From an uncultured delta proteobacterium (GTDB lineage Bacteria > Desulfobacterota > Desulfobacteria > Desulfobacterales > QNYZ01), in contig CAWJQU010000002.1 in assembly GCA_963845145.1 (NCBI GenBank), forward strand, positions 256,001 to 320,000: 64,000 nt of DNA, read 5' to 3'. The translations under genes were made by a program, and so were the position numbers. The notes under the pieces were generated by a model. The model did no database searches, was not told where the DNA came from, and saw only the letters and a list, made by a program, of their open reading frames with translations. The first letter of the stretch is position 1, and every line of letters begins with the position of its first letter. This document shows positions 21,236-31,184 of the stretch, piece after piece.

Positions 21236-21994
21236 TCATTTTTCAACCGGTCCATCCGACAGTATTTTGATAACGGCTTCCAGGTCCTCCGGCACATCGA
21301 CTCCCAGGCTGGCATGCTCGGTAATAACCACCTGAATCGGAATTCCGTTTTCCAGCAAACGCAACTGCTCGAGTTTCTCCGTTCGTTCGAGCCGGCTGGG
21401 CCCCCATTGAACAAATTGTTCCAACACATGTTTCCGATAGGCATACAAACCAATATGGCCATAATAGATCGAATCAGTCGCACGACCTGATCGTCCGGGA
21501 ATCAATGCGCGGGAAAAATAGAGGGCTCGGCCGTCATGGGCAAACACCACCTTAACCACGTTGGGATTGTCGGCGATCTGCATATTGATACGACGGGCCA
21601 GGGTGGTCACCTGCATGGACGGTTGGGCAAAAGGTCCCAGTAGCTGGCTGATCATGGCCGGAGCCAAAGCCGGTTCATCCCCCTGAATATTGACAATGAC
21701 ACACGCCTCGGATGCGCCAATGGTTCGGGCGGCCTCTAGAATCCGGTCCGACCCACTGGGATGATCTGCGCTTGTCATCACAACGGGAACATTCAAGGCT
21801 TCCGCCAATTGCCGGATCCGTTCATCGTCCGTGGCTAAAAGGACGCGATCCAGTTGGGGGCATTGGCTCGCCCGGTGGTAAACATGCCAGAACATGGGAC
21901 GACCCAGAATTTGTGCCAAGGGCTTTCCCGGAAATCGCCGGGAGCCATATCTGGCCGGAATAATCCCGATACATGGTGGTAAATTGGATGCCAT
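21236..21994 (-). CDS. kdsB: 3-deoxy-manno-octulosonate cytidylyltransferase
   Basis: IIPARYGSRRFPGKPL, NIQGDEP, LEQLR.LE. Confidence 0.96.
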   Translation of the reverse strand: MASNLPPCIGIIPARYGSRRFPGKPLAQILGRPMFWHVYHRASQCPQLDRVLLATDDERIRQLAEALNVPVVMTSADHPSGSDRILEAARTIGASEACVIVNIQGDEPALAPAMISQLLGPFAQPSMQVTTLARRINMQIADNPNVVKVVFAHDGRALYFSRALIPGRSGRATDSIYYGHIGLYAYRKHVLEQFVQWGPSRLERTEKLEQLRLLENGIPIQVVITEHASLGVDVPEDLEAVIKILSDGPVEK

Positions 21995-22003
21995 TTTATC
22001 GAT

Positions 22004-23401
22004 TTATGTTTCCCCGTTTAATCGTTTCAGTAAATTCGCCTTGGTTAAATCGGTTAAAAAGGTTTCGATCAATCGACACGCTTTCCGGGAGCCACCGGTT
22101 CGATGATCCGCAAAGGCCATCGCCTGATGGCGAACCGTTTTATGGGAGACCGGTTGTTTCAGATTTGTAACGATTTGATCGGCCACCGATAGCCAATCAT
22201 TGGCTCGGAAGACCAGCCTTTTTTCGAAAATTCCTTCGCCCACCCATAAAAAATTAAACCACGAGGGGCCGATAACCGGGATCACCCCGCAGGCCAACGG
22301 CTCTAAAAAATTCTGTCCGCCCAAAGGGGCCAGACTCCCACCCACAAATGCGGCGGTCGCCATGGCATATGCATCTCGCAGCTCTCCGAATGTGTCCCAC
22401 AATACCATAGCGCCTGGTTTTACCAAACCATCAATGCGTGAGCGCAATGTCCACGACCGGTTACCGCGGCTTAAATATTTTTGCCAGGCATCGAGTCGAT
22501 TCATATGGCGAGGAAATATGGCGATCATTGTTTTCGGTAAGGCTTTGTGTATTCGATGTATCATTTTCAGGGTCTGGTCTTCCTCCTCCTGCCTTACAGA
22601 TCCGAGCACCACAAGGGGCTGGTCGGAAGAAAACAAATTGGCCAGCCGGTCACTAGGGACACCCTGTTTTAATTGCCGATACCAATGGTCGAATTTGATA
22701 TTGGTCATCACCTCGACACGGGTATCCGGATACAACCGACCGAACCTGCCGGCATCAGGCGCAGAAACTGCCAGTATTCGCGTGGGCGCGATTGACCGCC
22801 AGAAAGAAGGCCAAAGCATGTAGCGCTTCAGACTGGATGAATTGAGGCGACCATTGATAACCACTACCGGTATTCGTCTGGATCGCAAGGCGGCCAAAAA
22901 TCCCGGCCATAGCTCGGTTTCCAGAATCACCACCAATTTTGGGCGGACAGCATCCACGACCCTTTGCATCAACCGGGGATGATCGAATGGAAAATAACGG
23001 ATAGCCATCTTGCCCGATACCAGCATTGAATCAAGTGCCTCCCGCGCCCGGGACAAGATACCCATCCCCTGGCTTGTGTTGGTGGTCACCAGGAATCGAA
23101 AGTGTTTTTTACTGGTAAAATGGGTGGCCAATTCCTGGACCAGGTAGGCCTCTCCAGCCGATGCGGCGTGCAGCCAAACATCGGCCCGAGATGGAAGGGC
23201 TTTGACCTGACGTTGATCCCACCCCTTCAAAAGCCGCTTATTCAAGCGTAAAACAGGACGCCCTATATACCAAATGAGATTGTAGAAACCCATGGCCCCC
23301 GCAATGGCGGGTGAAAAAACCGCATTGGAAGACCGTGTTTTTCGATGCCATCTGCAATTATTATTTTTTATAGAATTCAGTGTAAACCTCAAATGAATCA
23401 A
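22004..23401 (-). CDS. waaA: Kdo transferase (start uncertain, possibly ATG 23293)
   Basis: WLHAASAGE, ETELWP, INGRL, PRH, FVGGSL...GGQN.LEP; adjacent to kdsB. Confidence 0.93.
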   Translation of the reverse strand: MIHLRFTLNSIKNNNCRWHRKTRSSNAVFSPAIAGAMGFYNLIWYIGRPVLRLNKRLLKGWDQRQVKALPSRADVWLHAASAGEAYLVQELATHFTSKKHFRFLVTTNTSQGMGILSRAREALDSMLVSGKMAIRYFPFDHPRLMQRVVDAVRPKLVVILETELWPGFLAALRSRRIPVVVINGRLNSSSLKRYMLWPSFWRSIAPTRILAVSAPDAGRFGRLYPDTRVEVMTNIKFDHWYRQLKQGVPSDRLANLFSSDQPLVVLGSVRQEEEDQTLKMIHRIHKALPKTMIAIFPRHMNRLDAWQKYLSRGNRSWTLRSRIDGLVKPGAMVLWDTFGELRDAYAMATAAFVGGSLAPLGGQNFLEPLACGVIPVIGPSWFNFLWVGEGIFEKRLVFRANDWLSVADQIVTNLKQPVSHKTVRHQAMAFADHRTGGSRKACRLIETFLTDLTKANLLKRLNGET

Positions 23402-23563
23402 TATTTATCATACCCGGTTTTTCATACCTGTATTTTATTAGTTGGTAAACCTCTAATATATTGTTTTTATGGGTAAGATCGTAAAATGTATCCGAAGGGC
23501 TGTCAATCGAAAAACACAATATCATTATTATAATTGCATTATTATAAATAATAATGAAATTTT

Positions 23564-23592
23564 CTTGACATGATTCCCTATTGTCTTATTTT
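23564..23592 (+). promoter_or_regulatory. Putative heat-shock promoter of hsp20
   Basis: CTTGAC-N14-TCTTATTTT, matching the grpE motif. Confidence 0.55.
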
Positions 23593-23643
23593 CCAGATAA
23601 ATAAAATGATTTCAAAACACACTTTTAAGAAGGAGGATCAATC

Positions 23644-24084
23644 ATGCATTTGGTTAGATTAAACCCCACAAGTGATATGATGAAGGTAAACAGACATATG
23701 GATCGGTTTTTTAATGAGTTCTTCTCACCCATGGACAGACAGGTATCCAAAGAAACTTTTCGATGGAACCCGGTCGCGGATATTTTGGAAAACGATGATG
23801 CCTTTACGATTAAAGTCGAGCTTCCAGGTCTTGAAAAAGACCAGATCAACCTTGATGTCAAAGAGAATATCCTGACGATTAAGGGCGAACGCGCCGACGA
23901 TAACGAAGTCAAAGCGGATAAGGTCTATCGACGAGAGCGGTTTCATGGGAAGTTTCAACGAGCCTTTACCTTGCCGTCCACGGTGGACGCGGATAAAATC
24001 AAGGCCGAATTTGTCGACGGATTGTTGAAAATAATCATACCCAAAGTGCCCAAAGAAAAACCGAAACAAATTACCGTCCACTAA
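23644..24084 (+). CDS. Small heat shock protein, Hsp20/alpha-crystallin family
   Basis: P.ADI.E, ELPG, RER..GKFQR.F.LP, A....GLL.I.IPK, C-terminal I.V motif; RBS AGGAGG. Confidence 0.96.
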   Translation: MHLVRLNPTSDMMKVNRHMDRFFNEFFSPMDRQVSKETFRWNPVADILENDDAFTIKVELPGLEKDQINLDVKENILTIKGERADDNEVKADKVYRRERFHGKFQRAFTLPSTVDADKIKAEFVDGLLKIIIPKVPKEKPKQITVH

Positions 24085-24123
24085 CGCCATCCGGGCCATG
24101 TACCCGGCATCCTAACCAAAACG

Positions 24124-24155
24124 GCGGGGCAAAAAAATGTCATTGCCCCGCTTTT
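24124..24155 (+). terminator. Rho-independent terminator after hsp20
   Basis: GCGGGGCAA...TTGCCCCGC followed by TTTT. Confidence 0.75.
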
Positions 24156-24241
24156 CTAATTTCTACCTGGACGGGTGCCTGGTTTGAACACCAATCCATT
24201 CGTCTCTTGAATTCCTTATCAGGAGCCCTTACGAATAGAGG

Positions 24242-25489
24242 CTAATCGGCCGACTCATTGGCTGACTGTAACATTGCCTGGAGCAGGACATTGCCGCCTG
24301 CTTCACAATCTTCCCAAGTCGTACTTTCCAATTCCACGTGGCTACGTCCGCCGATACTGGGGACAAAAATCATGGCCGTGGGGCAGATTTGATTCATATA
24401 GCTGGCGTCGTGACCGGCCCCGCTAACCATGGGAAGGCTCGAATATCCCAAGGAATCCGCCGTATCCAGAATCCGTCGGACCAATTTCTCATCAAAGGGG
24501 GAATGCTCAACGCGCCAGGTTTCTTCAATTTTTATAGGACATCCCCTTCGGCCGGCGATGGTTTCAATCTCGGCACGCAACAAATCCCAGGCCTTCAATG
24601 CCAAATCATCATCCCAAGATCGAATATCCACCGTAAAATGAACCTTATCCGGGATAATGTTACGCGAGTTGGGCCCATTGTGAATTTCACCCACCGTGGC
24701 GACCATATTGCCTCCCATACGTCCCGGCAGCCGGTTAACCTCTAAAATCATTTCTGCCGCCGCACAGAGGGCATCGTGCCGGCCTTCCATAGGTGTGGGC
24801 CCCACCTGATTGGCTTCACCCGTTAAATAAATATCGTACCAGTGTAAGCAGAGGATTCCTTTGGGTGCACCGATTGTTTTCCCCTCACGTTCCAACATCG
24901 GCCCTTGTTCAATATGATATTCGTAGTAGCAGTGAACCGGAAATTTCCGACAGGGCGTCTCCTGCTTATAGCCGATACGGATAAGCTCATCCTCGAAGCG
25001 CTTACCGTCTATATCGGTCCGGCCATAGGCCCAATCACGATCAAGGGCGCCGGCCCAGACCCCCGACGATACCATGGCCGGCGCAAACCGGGAGCCCTCT
25101 TCGTTGGTCCAGTCCACGACAACCATCGGTCGCTCAGTTTCAATGTTGTTTTCGTGAAGGGTTCGAAGCACTTCCAACGGCCCCATGACACCCAGAATAC
25201 CGTCGAACCGCCCCCCTTTGGGCTGAGAGTCGATATGGGAACCACTCATCACCGGAGCCAGTGAATCGTCTTTCCCCGACCGGCGACCGAAAATATTCCC
25301 CATTTCATCGATCGTAACATCAAGATCTATCGCCTGGAGCCATTTTACAAAAAGATCCCGGGCTTGCTTATCTTCGTCGGACAGGGTTAATCGCTGAACT
25401 CCCCCACCCGGCGTCGCCCCGATCGCTGCCATTTGTTCCAATGTGTCGCGAAGTCGCGCACCGTTTATTCGCAATGTTTTCAGGTCCAT
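24242..25489 (-). CDS. M20-family Zn-dependent amidohydrolase (N-carbamoyl-L-amino acid/beta-ureidopropionase-like)
   Basis: GSHIDSQ..GG.FDG, NEEGSRF, EYHIEQGP, SGAGHDA. Confidence 0.92.
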   Translation of the reverse strand: MDLKTLRINGARLRDTLEQMAAIGATPGGGVQRLTLSDEDKQARDLFVKWLQAIDLDVTIDEMGNIFGRRSGKDDSLAPVMSGSHIDSQPKGGRFDGILGVMGPLEVLRTLHENNIETERPMVVVDWTNEEGSRFAPAMVSSGVWAGALDRDWAYGRTDIDGKRFEDELIRIGYKQETPCRKFPVHCYYEYHIEQGPMLEREGKTIGAPKGILCLHWYDIYLTGEANQVGPTPMEGRHDALCAAAEMILEVNRLPGRMGGNMVATVGEIHNGPNSRNIIPDKVHFTVDIRSWDDDLALKAWDLLRAEIETIAGRRGCPIKIEETWRVEHSPFDEKLVRRILDTADSLGYSSLPMVSGAGHDASYMNQICPTAMIFVPSIGGRSHVELESTTWEDCEAGGNVLLQAMLQSANESAD

Positions 25490-25528
25490 TTTATCCTCCC
25501 TTAAGTTTGATATCGCCGGTAAAAAAAA

Positions 25529-25900
25529 TCAGAACCATCGGATTAAGATGACACCGCCTGTCAGCAACAATACGCCAAGCACCCGCATGCCGTTGATTGG
25601 ATGGATGGTGTAACCGATGAACCCAAAATGGTCCAATATCAATGAGGCCAACATCTGCCCGGCCAAAACACCGGCTACCATGGTAGTCATTCCCAACCGG
25701 GGAGCCAGAATGATGGTGGAAACAACGAAAAAGGCGCCGATGAAGCCCCCCATCCATTTGCACACAGTGAAAGTCCGCTGGCTAAAGTAGAAAAAGCGGG
25801 TCGCAACCCGCCACAATAATAATCGGTTCGAAGACGGCACCGATGGCCGCACATGGAATCCCGACATCAAAGCCAGACATCAAAAATAGATGAATTCCAC
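25529..25900 (-). pseudogene. Disrupted YdcZ/DUF606-type DMT transporter
   Basis: C-terminal half intact (WMGGFIGA...PRLG...GQMLASLILDHFG). The N-terminus VEFIYF*CLALMSG has an in-frame TGA and the middle is not family-like. Confidence 0.6.
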
Positions 25901-26129
25901 CTTAGGAAAAAACATTCCGACTGTCAATCGGATATATCGTCGCTATCTTATGTCTGGGCACGGTCGTGAGGCGCCGATCGGCCAAAAAAGACTTTAGCCG
26001 ACCTCAGCTATATGTTTTCACATCTGTTTATATTTTATGGGCTTGACGGATGGCGCCAACTGGCCTAAATTTATGATAGATATTTTAAAGTAAAATCTTA
26101 CTAAACAACCATTAAGCGAGGACCAACTC

Positions 26130-26882
26130 ATGGCTTATTCAATCGCATTGGCCGGAAAAGGGGGAGCGGGTAAAACCACCCTGGCCGGCATGCTGGTGAA
26201 ATACCTGATCGCAAAAGAAAAAGTGCCAATTCTGGCGGTGGATGCCGACAGCAATGCCAATTTTAATGAAGTACTGGGCCTTGATTTTGCCAATACTCTG
26301 GGCAATGCCCGGGAGCAGATGAAAAAAGGGGATGTTCCCAATGGCATGACCAAAGATATATTCATGGAAATGAAACTGGGGGAGGCCATCGTCGAAGCCG
26401 ACGGGTTTGACCTGGTGGTGATGGGACAGCCCGAAGGCGCGGGATGTTATTGTGCCGCCAATACCCTGTTGACCAACTTTTTAGAACGGTTGACCGTTAA
26501 CTACCCCTACATTGTGATGGATAATGAGGCGGGTATGGAGCATATCAGCCGGTTGACCACCCGCAATGTGGATGTGCTCCTGATCGTTTCCGATACATCC
26601 CGACGAAGCCTGCAAGCCGGATTTCGCATTAATAAGCTGGCCCGAGACTTGGGGATAGGTGTCGGCAAAAGCTATCTGGTAGTGAATCAGGCTAAATCGG
26701 CGCTATCGGCAACCGTTACCAGCATGATCGATAAAGAGGGGCTCGTGCTGGCCGGTATGATTCCCGAAGACGACGATGTATATGAATACGATTTAAATGG
26801 CCAGGCAACCATGAAGCTTGACCGTGAAAATCCGGCGGTGCAGGCAGGTTTTGACATTTTTGACAAGATCATCGATGCATAG
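26130..26882 (+). CDS. cooC: CooC/AcsF-type nickel-insertion ATPase for CODH/ACS
   Basis: GKGGAGKT, AVDAD.N, GCYC..N, DNEAGMEH.SR. Confidence 0.92.
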   Translation: MAYSIALAGKGGAGKTTLAGMLVKYLIAKEKVPILAVDADSNANFNEVLGLDFANTLGNAREQMKKGDVPNGMTKDIFMEMKLGEAIVEADGFDLVVMGQPEGAGCYCAANTLLTNFLERLTVNYPYIVMDNEAGMEHISRLTTRNVDVLLIVSDTSRRSLQAGFRINKLARDLGIGVGKSYLVVNQAKSALSATVTSMIDKEGLVLAGMIPEDDDVYEYDLNGQATMKLDRENPAVQAGFDIFDKIIDA

Positions 26883-26913
26883 GGACGACGGAACCAACCC
26901 TACAGGAGACGCC

Positions 26914-27864
26914 ATGAACAATACGGGTTTCTTATACGACATCAGGTATCTGCTGCACGATACCGGACCATACCACCCTGAAGTGCCCGAACGGCTCCAG
27001 GCCATTCACCAAGGGGTCAGTGAAGGCGGGCTTCTCGAACATGTAACCCTGATTCAAGCGAAATTGCCTGAAATAAAATGGATTGAGGCAGTCCATGACC
27101 CGGATTATATTCACCGTTTTGAAGAGGTCTGCCTTTCGGGTAAGAAGACCTTTGATTATCCCGACAATCAGATGTGCGACCAAACCTTTGAGACAGCCAA
27201 GTTGGCTGTTGGCGGTATCTTGGAAGCGGCCGATCTTGTGATGAAAGGAGAGCTCAATAATGCCTTTTGCGCGGTTCGTCCCCCGGGCCATCATGCCGAA
27301 ACCGATCGTGCGCTGGGTTTTTGCTATTTCAACAATGTGGCCATTTGCGCCCGCTATCTTCAGCAAAAGTGGGGGCTGAAAAAGATCGGTATCATCGATT
27401 TTGATGTTCATCACGGAAATGGTACCCAGCATATTTTCGAGAAAGATTCATCCGTATTTTATTATTCCATCCACGAACACCCCTCTTTCGCCTATCCCGG
27501 AACCGGCCGGGAGTTTGAAATGGGCACCGGCCAGGGCCATGGCTTCACTAAAAATTCGCCCACGCTGCCGGGGCAGGGAGATGATGATTACAAGCGCCTG
27601 ATGGAACGGGATCTTTTTCCGGCATTTGAACGCTTCGAGCCGGAAATCATTCTCCTTTCGACCGGTTTTGATGCCCATGTGGATGACCACCTGGCCGATA
27701 TGAGTCTCACCACGGAAGGGTTTTCCTGGATCATGGAGCGGGTGATGGAGATGGCCGATATCTATGCCGAAGGCAAGGTTATCTCCATTCTTGAAGGGGG
27801 GTATAATCTTGAACGCTTACCGGAGCTAGCGAAAAACCACGTTGAGATATTGCTGCAACGATAA
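26914..27864 (+). CDS. Zn-dependent histone deacetylase family protein (AcuC/AphA-like)
   Basis: HPE.PERL, RPPGHHA, GFCYFNN, DFDVHHGNGT, LEGGY; RBS AGGAG before 26914. Confidence 0.95.
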   Translation: MNNTGFLYDIRYLLHDTGPYHPEVPERLQAIHQGVSEGGLLEHVTLIQAKLPEIKWIEAVHDPDYIHRFEEVCLSGKKTFDYPDNQMCDQTFETAKLAVGGILEAADLVMKGELNNAFCAVRPPGHHAETDRALGFCYFNNVAICARYLQQKWGLKKIGIIDFDVHHGNGTQHIFEKDSSVFYYSIHEHPSFAYPGTGREFEMGTGQGHGFTKNSPTLPGQGDDDYKRLMERDLFPAFERFEPEIILLSTGFDAHVDDHLADMSLTTEGFSWIMERVMEMADIYAEGKVISILEGGYNLERLPELAKNHVEILLQR

Positions 27865-27976
27865 GCGTACTGTTTTGCTAAATGACACATCCAAAAACCA
27901 GTTAGAATCTGATCGCAAGCCAACGACCTATTTTGTCGAATACGCAGGCTACCCATTAATTACGCGGAGGTAATCC

Positions 27977-28660
27977 ATGTTTGTTAACCGTTCAATGACC
28001 GTAAAAGTAATCACCATTGACCCGGACGCCGGGGCTTTAGAAGCAAAGGCGTTGATGGAAAAGCATCATTTCCGCCACCTGCCCGTCTGTCGCAAAGATG
28101 GTCGACTCGTCGGAATGATCACTGATCGGGATTTGCGTAGTGCCCTGCCCCACGAATTTTCAAAAACGCCCCAAACTGATGATACAAAACCGGAAAAAGC
28201 TGAATCCGCGCTCAAGGTTTCCGATATCATGACCAAGGATTTGATTAAAATTTCCCCCATGGATACCATTCAAGATGCCTTGTTGCTCGTCCAGCGTTCC
28301 AAAGTGGGTGCCCTCCCTGTGGTTGACGACCAGAACAATCTGAAAGGAATTATTTCCGTAAGAGATCTGCTACGGGCATTTATTAATGTGCTCGGTATTG
28401 GAGAACCGGGATCGCTGATCTGTATTCTGGCAGAAGAAAAGGTGGGACAACTAAAAAAAATCGTCGACGCGGTCACTGAAGAGGGTATTTCCTGCGGCAG
28501 TATATTGGTCGCGCGATACTGGGATGATGATAAGCGGGCCGTATTCTGCTATCTGCTGACACTGAATGTCCGTTCCATTAAAAAGAAACTCGCCGACCTG
28601 GGTTTTACCCTGCTTGATCCGATGGAATGGTATATAGACCAGATACCCCAATCGGAATAA
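27977..28660 (+). CDS. CBS-pair + ACT-like protein (AcuB-like)
   Basis: Two CBS domains (RHLPV...GMITDRDLR; GALPVVD...GIISVRDL) plus a C-terminal ACT-like region. Confidence 0.85.
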   Translation: MFVNRSMTVKVITIDPDAGALEAKALMEKHHFRHLPVCRKDGRLVGMITDRDLRSALPHEFSKTPQTDDTKPEKAESALKVSDIMTKDLIKISPMDTIQDALLLVQRSKVGALPVVDDQNNLKGIISVRDLLRAFINVLGIGEPGSLICILAEEKVGQLKKIVDAVTEEGISCGSILVARYWDDDKRAVFCYLLTLNVRSIKKKLADLGFTLLDPMEWYIDQIPQSE

Positions 28661-29535
28661 TGCCGGTCTCACCCTACCAGGATTTATATATTTATTACCT
28701 TTCCGGCCGCCTGCCCCATTGTGAATCACCGGGGCCGAACTTCCTCGGAAACTGGCAGGAGGAAGACACCTCCTTTCTATTCTTTTCCTCGCCAGCCCAG
28801 GTCCAGGTCGAAACCTTGGTCAACAAGCATCCTGGGCTGGTCCTGGAAGATGCGTATCAAATGACCTATGCCGAATGGCAAGGCGGCCACACAGGCCCGC
28901 TTACAGTGGGTCGCTTTCGAATGATTCCTCCCTGGATGGCATCACCACCGAACGGGACGCTGGGCACGCCATCCAATGACAACCCGCATTATGACAATAT
29001 AAGTGATATCATTTTTGATCCCGGCGTGGTGTTCGGTAACGGCCTGCACCCCACAACGCGGGACTGCCTGGCGGCTTTAGAAACCGTTTGGAAGAAAGCA
29101 ACCATTGGCACCGTCCTCGATCTAGGCAGCGGCACGGGCATATTGACCCTCGCAGCAGCCCGCTTAGGGGCCCGACATGTTTTGGCGGTGGACAACAACC
29201 TTTTGGCTGTTCAAACAACACGGTCCAACGTGCAATTAAACGGTTTAGAGGCACGGATACTCGCTGTTCAGGGGGATGCCGAAGCCTTTGTTTTTCACTC
29301 CGCAGAGCTACTGATTGCCAACCTGCATTATGCCGTGATGAAACGGTTGGTAGCGACGTCGGGTTTCCGCTTAAAACCCTGGGCCATCCTTTCCGGCCTG
29401 CTTTCCAGCGAAGCCGGGCACGTTTCCCGTGAACTCAAACGGCAAGGCGCTACAATCCTTAGCTCTCAAGTGAGCGAAGGAAAATGGCATACCTTTCTTG
29501 TCTCTCGGGTTGACGCCGGGAAGGAAGGGACGTAG
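28660..29535 (+). CDS. PrmA-like SAM-dependent protein methyltransferase
   Basis: DPGVVFGNGLHPTT, VLDLGSGTGIL, ANL, ILSG; atypical N-terminal domain. Confidence 0.8.
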   Translation: MPVSPYQDLYIYYLSGRLPHCESPGPNFLGNWQEEDTSFLFFSSPAQVQVETLVNKHPGLVLEDAYQMTYAEWQGGHTGPLTVGRFRMIPPWMASPPNGTLGTPSNDNPHYDNISDIIFDPGVVFGNGLHPTTRDCLAALETVWKKATIGTVLDLGSGTGILTLAAARLGARHVLAVDNNLLAVQTTRSNVQLNGLEARILAVQGDAEAFVFHSAELLIANLHYAVMKRLVATSGFRLKPWAILSGLLSSEAGHVSRELKRQGATILSSQVSEGKWHTFLVSRVDAGKEGT

Positions 29536-29583
29536 TATAATTATTCGGCGAATCGCCCATAGAAACAGACCAGGGATCTGCCC

Positions 29584-30423
29584 ATGAAAATAACGTGCTG
29601 GGGTTCCCGCGGATCGACTCCCGTCTGCGGGCCTGAATACATAAAATACGGGGGCAACACAACTTGCCTGGAAATCGAGCCCCAGAGCGGCGAAACCATT
29701 ATCGTGGACGCCGGCACCGGAATCCGTGAACTGGGCAACCGCCTATTAGAAAATCGAATCACAACGTATCACCTGCTCTTTACCCATGCCCATTGGGATC
29801 ATATTATGGGTTTACCTTTTTTCAAACCGTTGCATATTGCCAAAAAAACGCTCAATATCTATCACTGTCCCTACCACACCCGCTTTGTAGACCGAATGCT
29901 TTCGGACCTGATGCGACCACCCTACTTTCCCATACCCTGTTTGGGAAGCAAAGCCGATTTGATTTTCATTGATAAGGGCCCCCAGATATTTGAAATCGGA
30001 TCGGTTCAAATCGAAGCCATTCCACTCAGCCATCCTAACGGCGGCGGCGGATATAAATTTACGGAAAATGGCAATACCTTCGTTTTTCTCACCGATAACG
30101 AACTCGGTTATGTTCACTCCGGTGGAAAAACAATCGACGACTATCGGCGCTTCGCCCAGGAAGCCGACCTGTTGATTCATGATGCAGAATTCCTTCCCGA
30201 AGAGTATCAATCAAAAACCGGTTGGGGGCATTCGCGCTACACAGACGCCCTGACGCTGGCTATGGATGCCGGTGTGAAAACCATCGGGCTTTTCCATATC
30301 AATCAGGAACGGACCGACGCACAGATGGACGCCCTCCTCAAAGATGCCCAGCAGTTTGTCGCATCTAAAAACCAATCCACCCAATGTGACGCCGTGGCCA
30401 CCAATTGGGCGTTTGTATTGTAA
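29584..30423 (+). CDS. MBL-fold metallo-hydrolase (RNase Z/phosphodiesterase-like)
   Basis: WGSRGS, YGGNTTC, DAGTG, THAHWDH, TDNE, GWGHS. Confidence 0.9.
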   Translation: MKITCWGSRGSTPVCGPEYIKYGGNTTCLEIEPQSGETIIVDAGTGIRELGNRLLENRITTYHLLFTHAHWDHIMGLPFFKPLHIAKKTLNIYHCPYHTRFVDRMLSDLMRPPYFPIPCLGSKADLIFIDKGPQIFEIGSVQIEAIPLSHPNGGGGYKFTENGNTFVFLTDNELGYVHSGGKTIDDYRRFAQEADLLIHDAEFLPEEYQSKTGWGHSRYTDALTLAMDAGVKTIGLFHINQERTDAQMDALLKDAQQFVASKNQSTQCDAVATNWAFVL

Positions 30424-30425
30424 GC

Positions 30426-31184
30426 ATGCAGGGCTTAATCGACCAGGCAGCCAAAGATATCGCCCAGGCCCGGATCGTGTCCGCACTCACCGGAGCCGGC
30501 ATTTCCGTCGAAAGCGGCATTCCCCCCTTCCGTGGAAAGGGTGGGCTATGGGAAAAGATCGATCCGATGGAAGTGGCCCATATTGACGCGTTTACAAAGG
30601 ACCCTCAAAAAGTATGGGAAATGCTCATCCGGGATATGAAGGACGTGCTCGATGCCGCCAAACCGAATGATGCCCACAAGGGTCTGGTTCACCTGGAGGT
30701 AATCGGAAAATTAAAAACGATCATCACCCAGAATGTCGATGGCCTCCACCAGGCGGCCGGGAGCAAGGATGTCATTGAATTCCACGGCAACTTTGCCTGG
30801 CAGCGATGCACCGATTGCGGTGACAGTTGCCGGACGGCGCAGATACGAATGGATAAAATACCGCCCCGTTGCCATTGCGGCGGTATTTATCGACCGGATT
30901 GCGTCTTTTTCGGTGAGATGATCCCATCTGATGCCCTGCTGCGGTCACAATCAGCCGCCGCCGCCTGTGATGTAATGCTGGTCCTCGGCACATCCGCCAC
31001 GGTTCACCCGGCCGCTTATATGCCGGCACTGGCCAAAGAGAATGGGGCCAAAATCATAGAAATCAATCCGGAACCCACTCCCCTCACCGGCCACATCAGC
31101 GATTACCTCATCCAGGGTAAAAGCGGCGATGTGATGAATCAAATCATCGCCCGGCTCGAAAAACCCGCGCCAACGCCTTTATGA
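30426..31184 (+). CDS. cobB: NAD-dependent protein deacylase (sirtuin)
   Basis: TGAGISVESGIP.FRG, TQNVDGLH, EFHG, CxxC...CxC, RP..VFFGE, GTS. Confidence 0.95.
   Translation: MQGLIDQAAKDIAQARIVSALTGAGISVESGIPPFRGKGGLWEKIDPMEVAHIDAFTKDPQKVWEMLIRDMKDVLDAAKPNDAHKGLVHLEVIGKLKTIITQNVDGLHQAAGSKDVIEFHGNFAWQRCTDCGDSCRTAQIRMDKIPPRCHCGGIYRPDCVFFGEMIPSDALLRSQSAAAACDVMLVLGTSATVHPAAYMPALAKENGAKIIEINPEPTPLTGHISDYLIQGKSGDVMNQIIARLEKPAPTPL

Noticed and set aside
25880..25882. In-frame TGA followed by TGT in the DMT gene as possible selenocysteine
   Set aside because: No SECIS-like hairpin was seen, the family is not redox-active, and the rest of the N-terminal half is also degraded, so a pseudogene is more likely.
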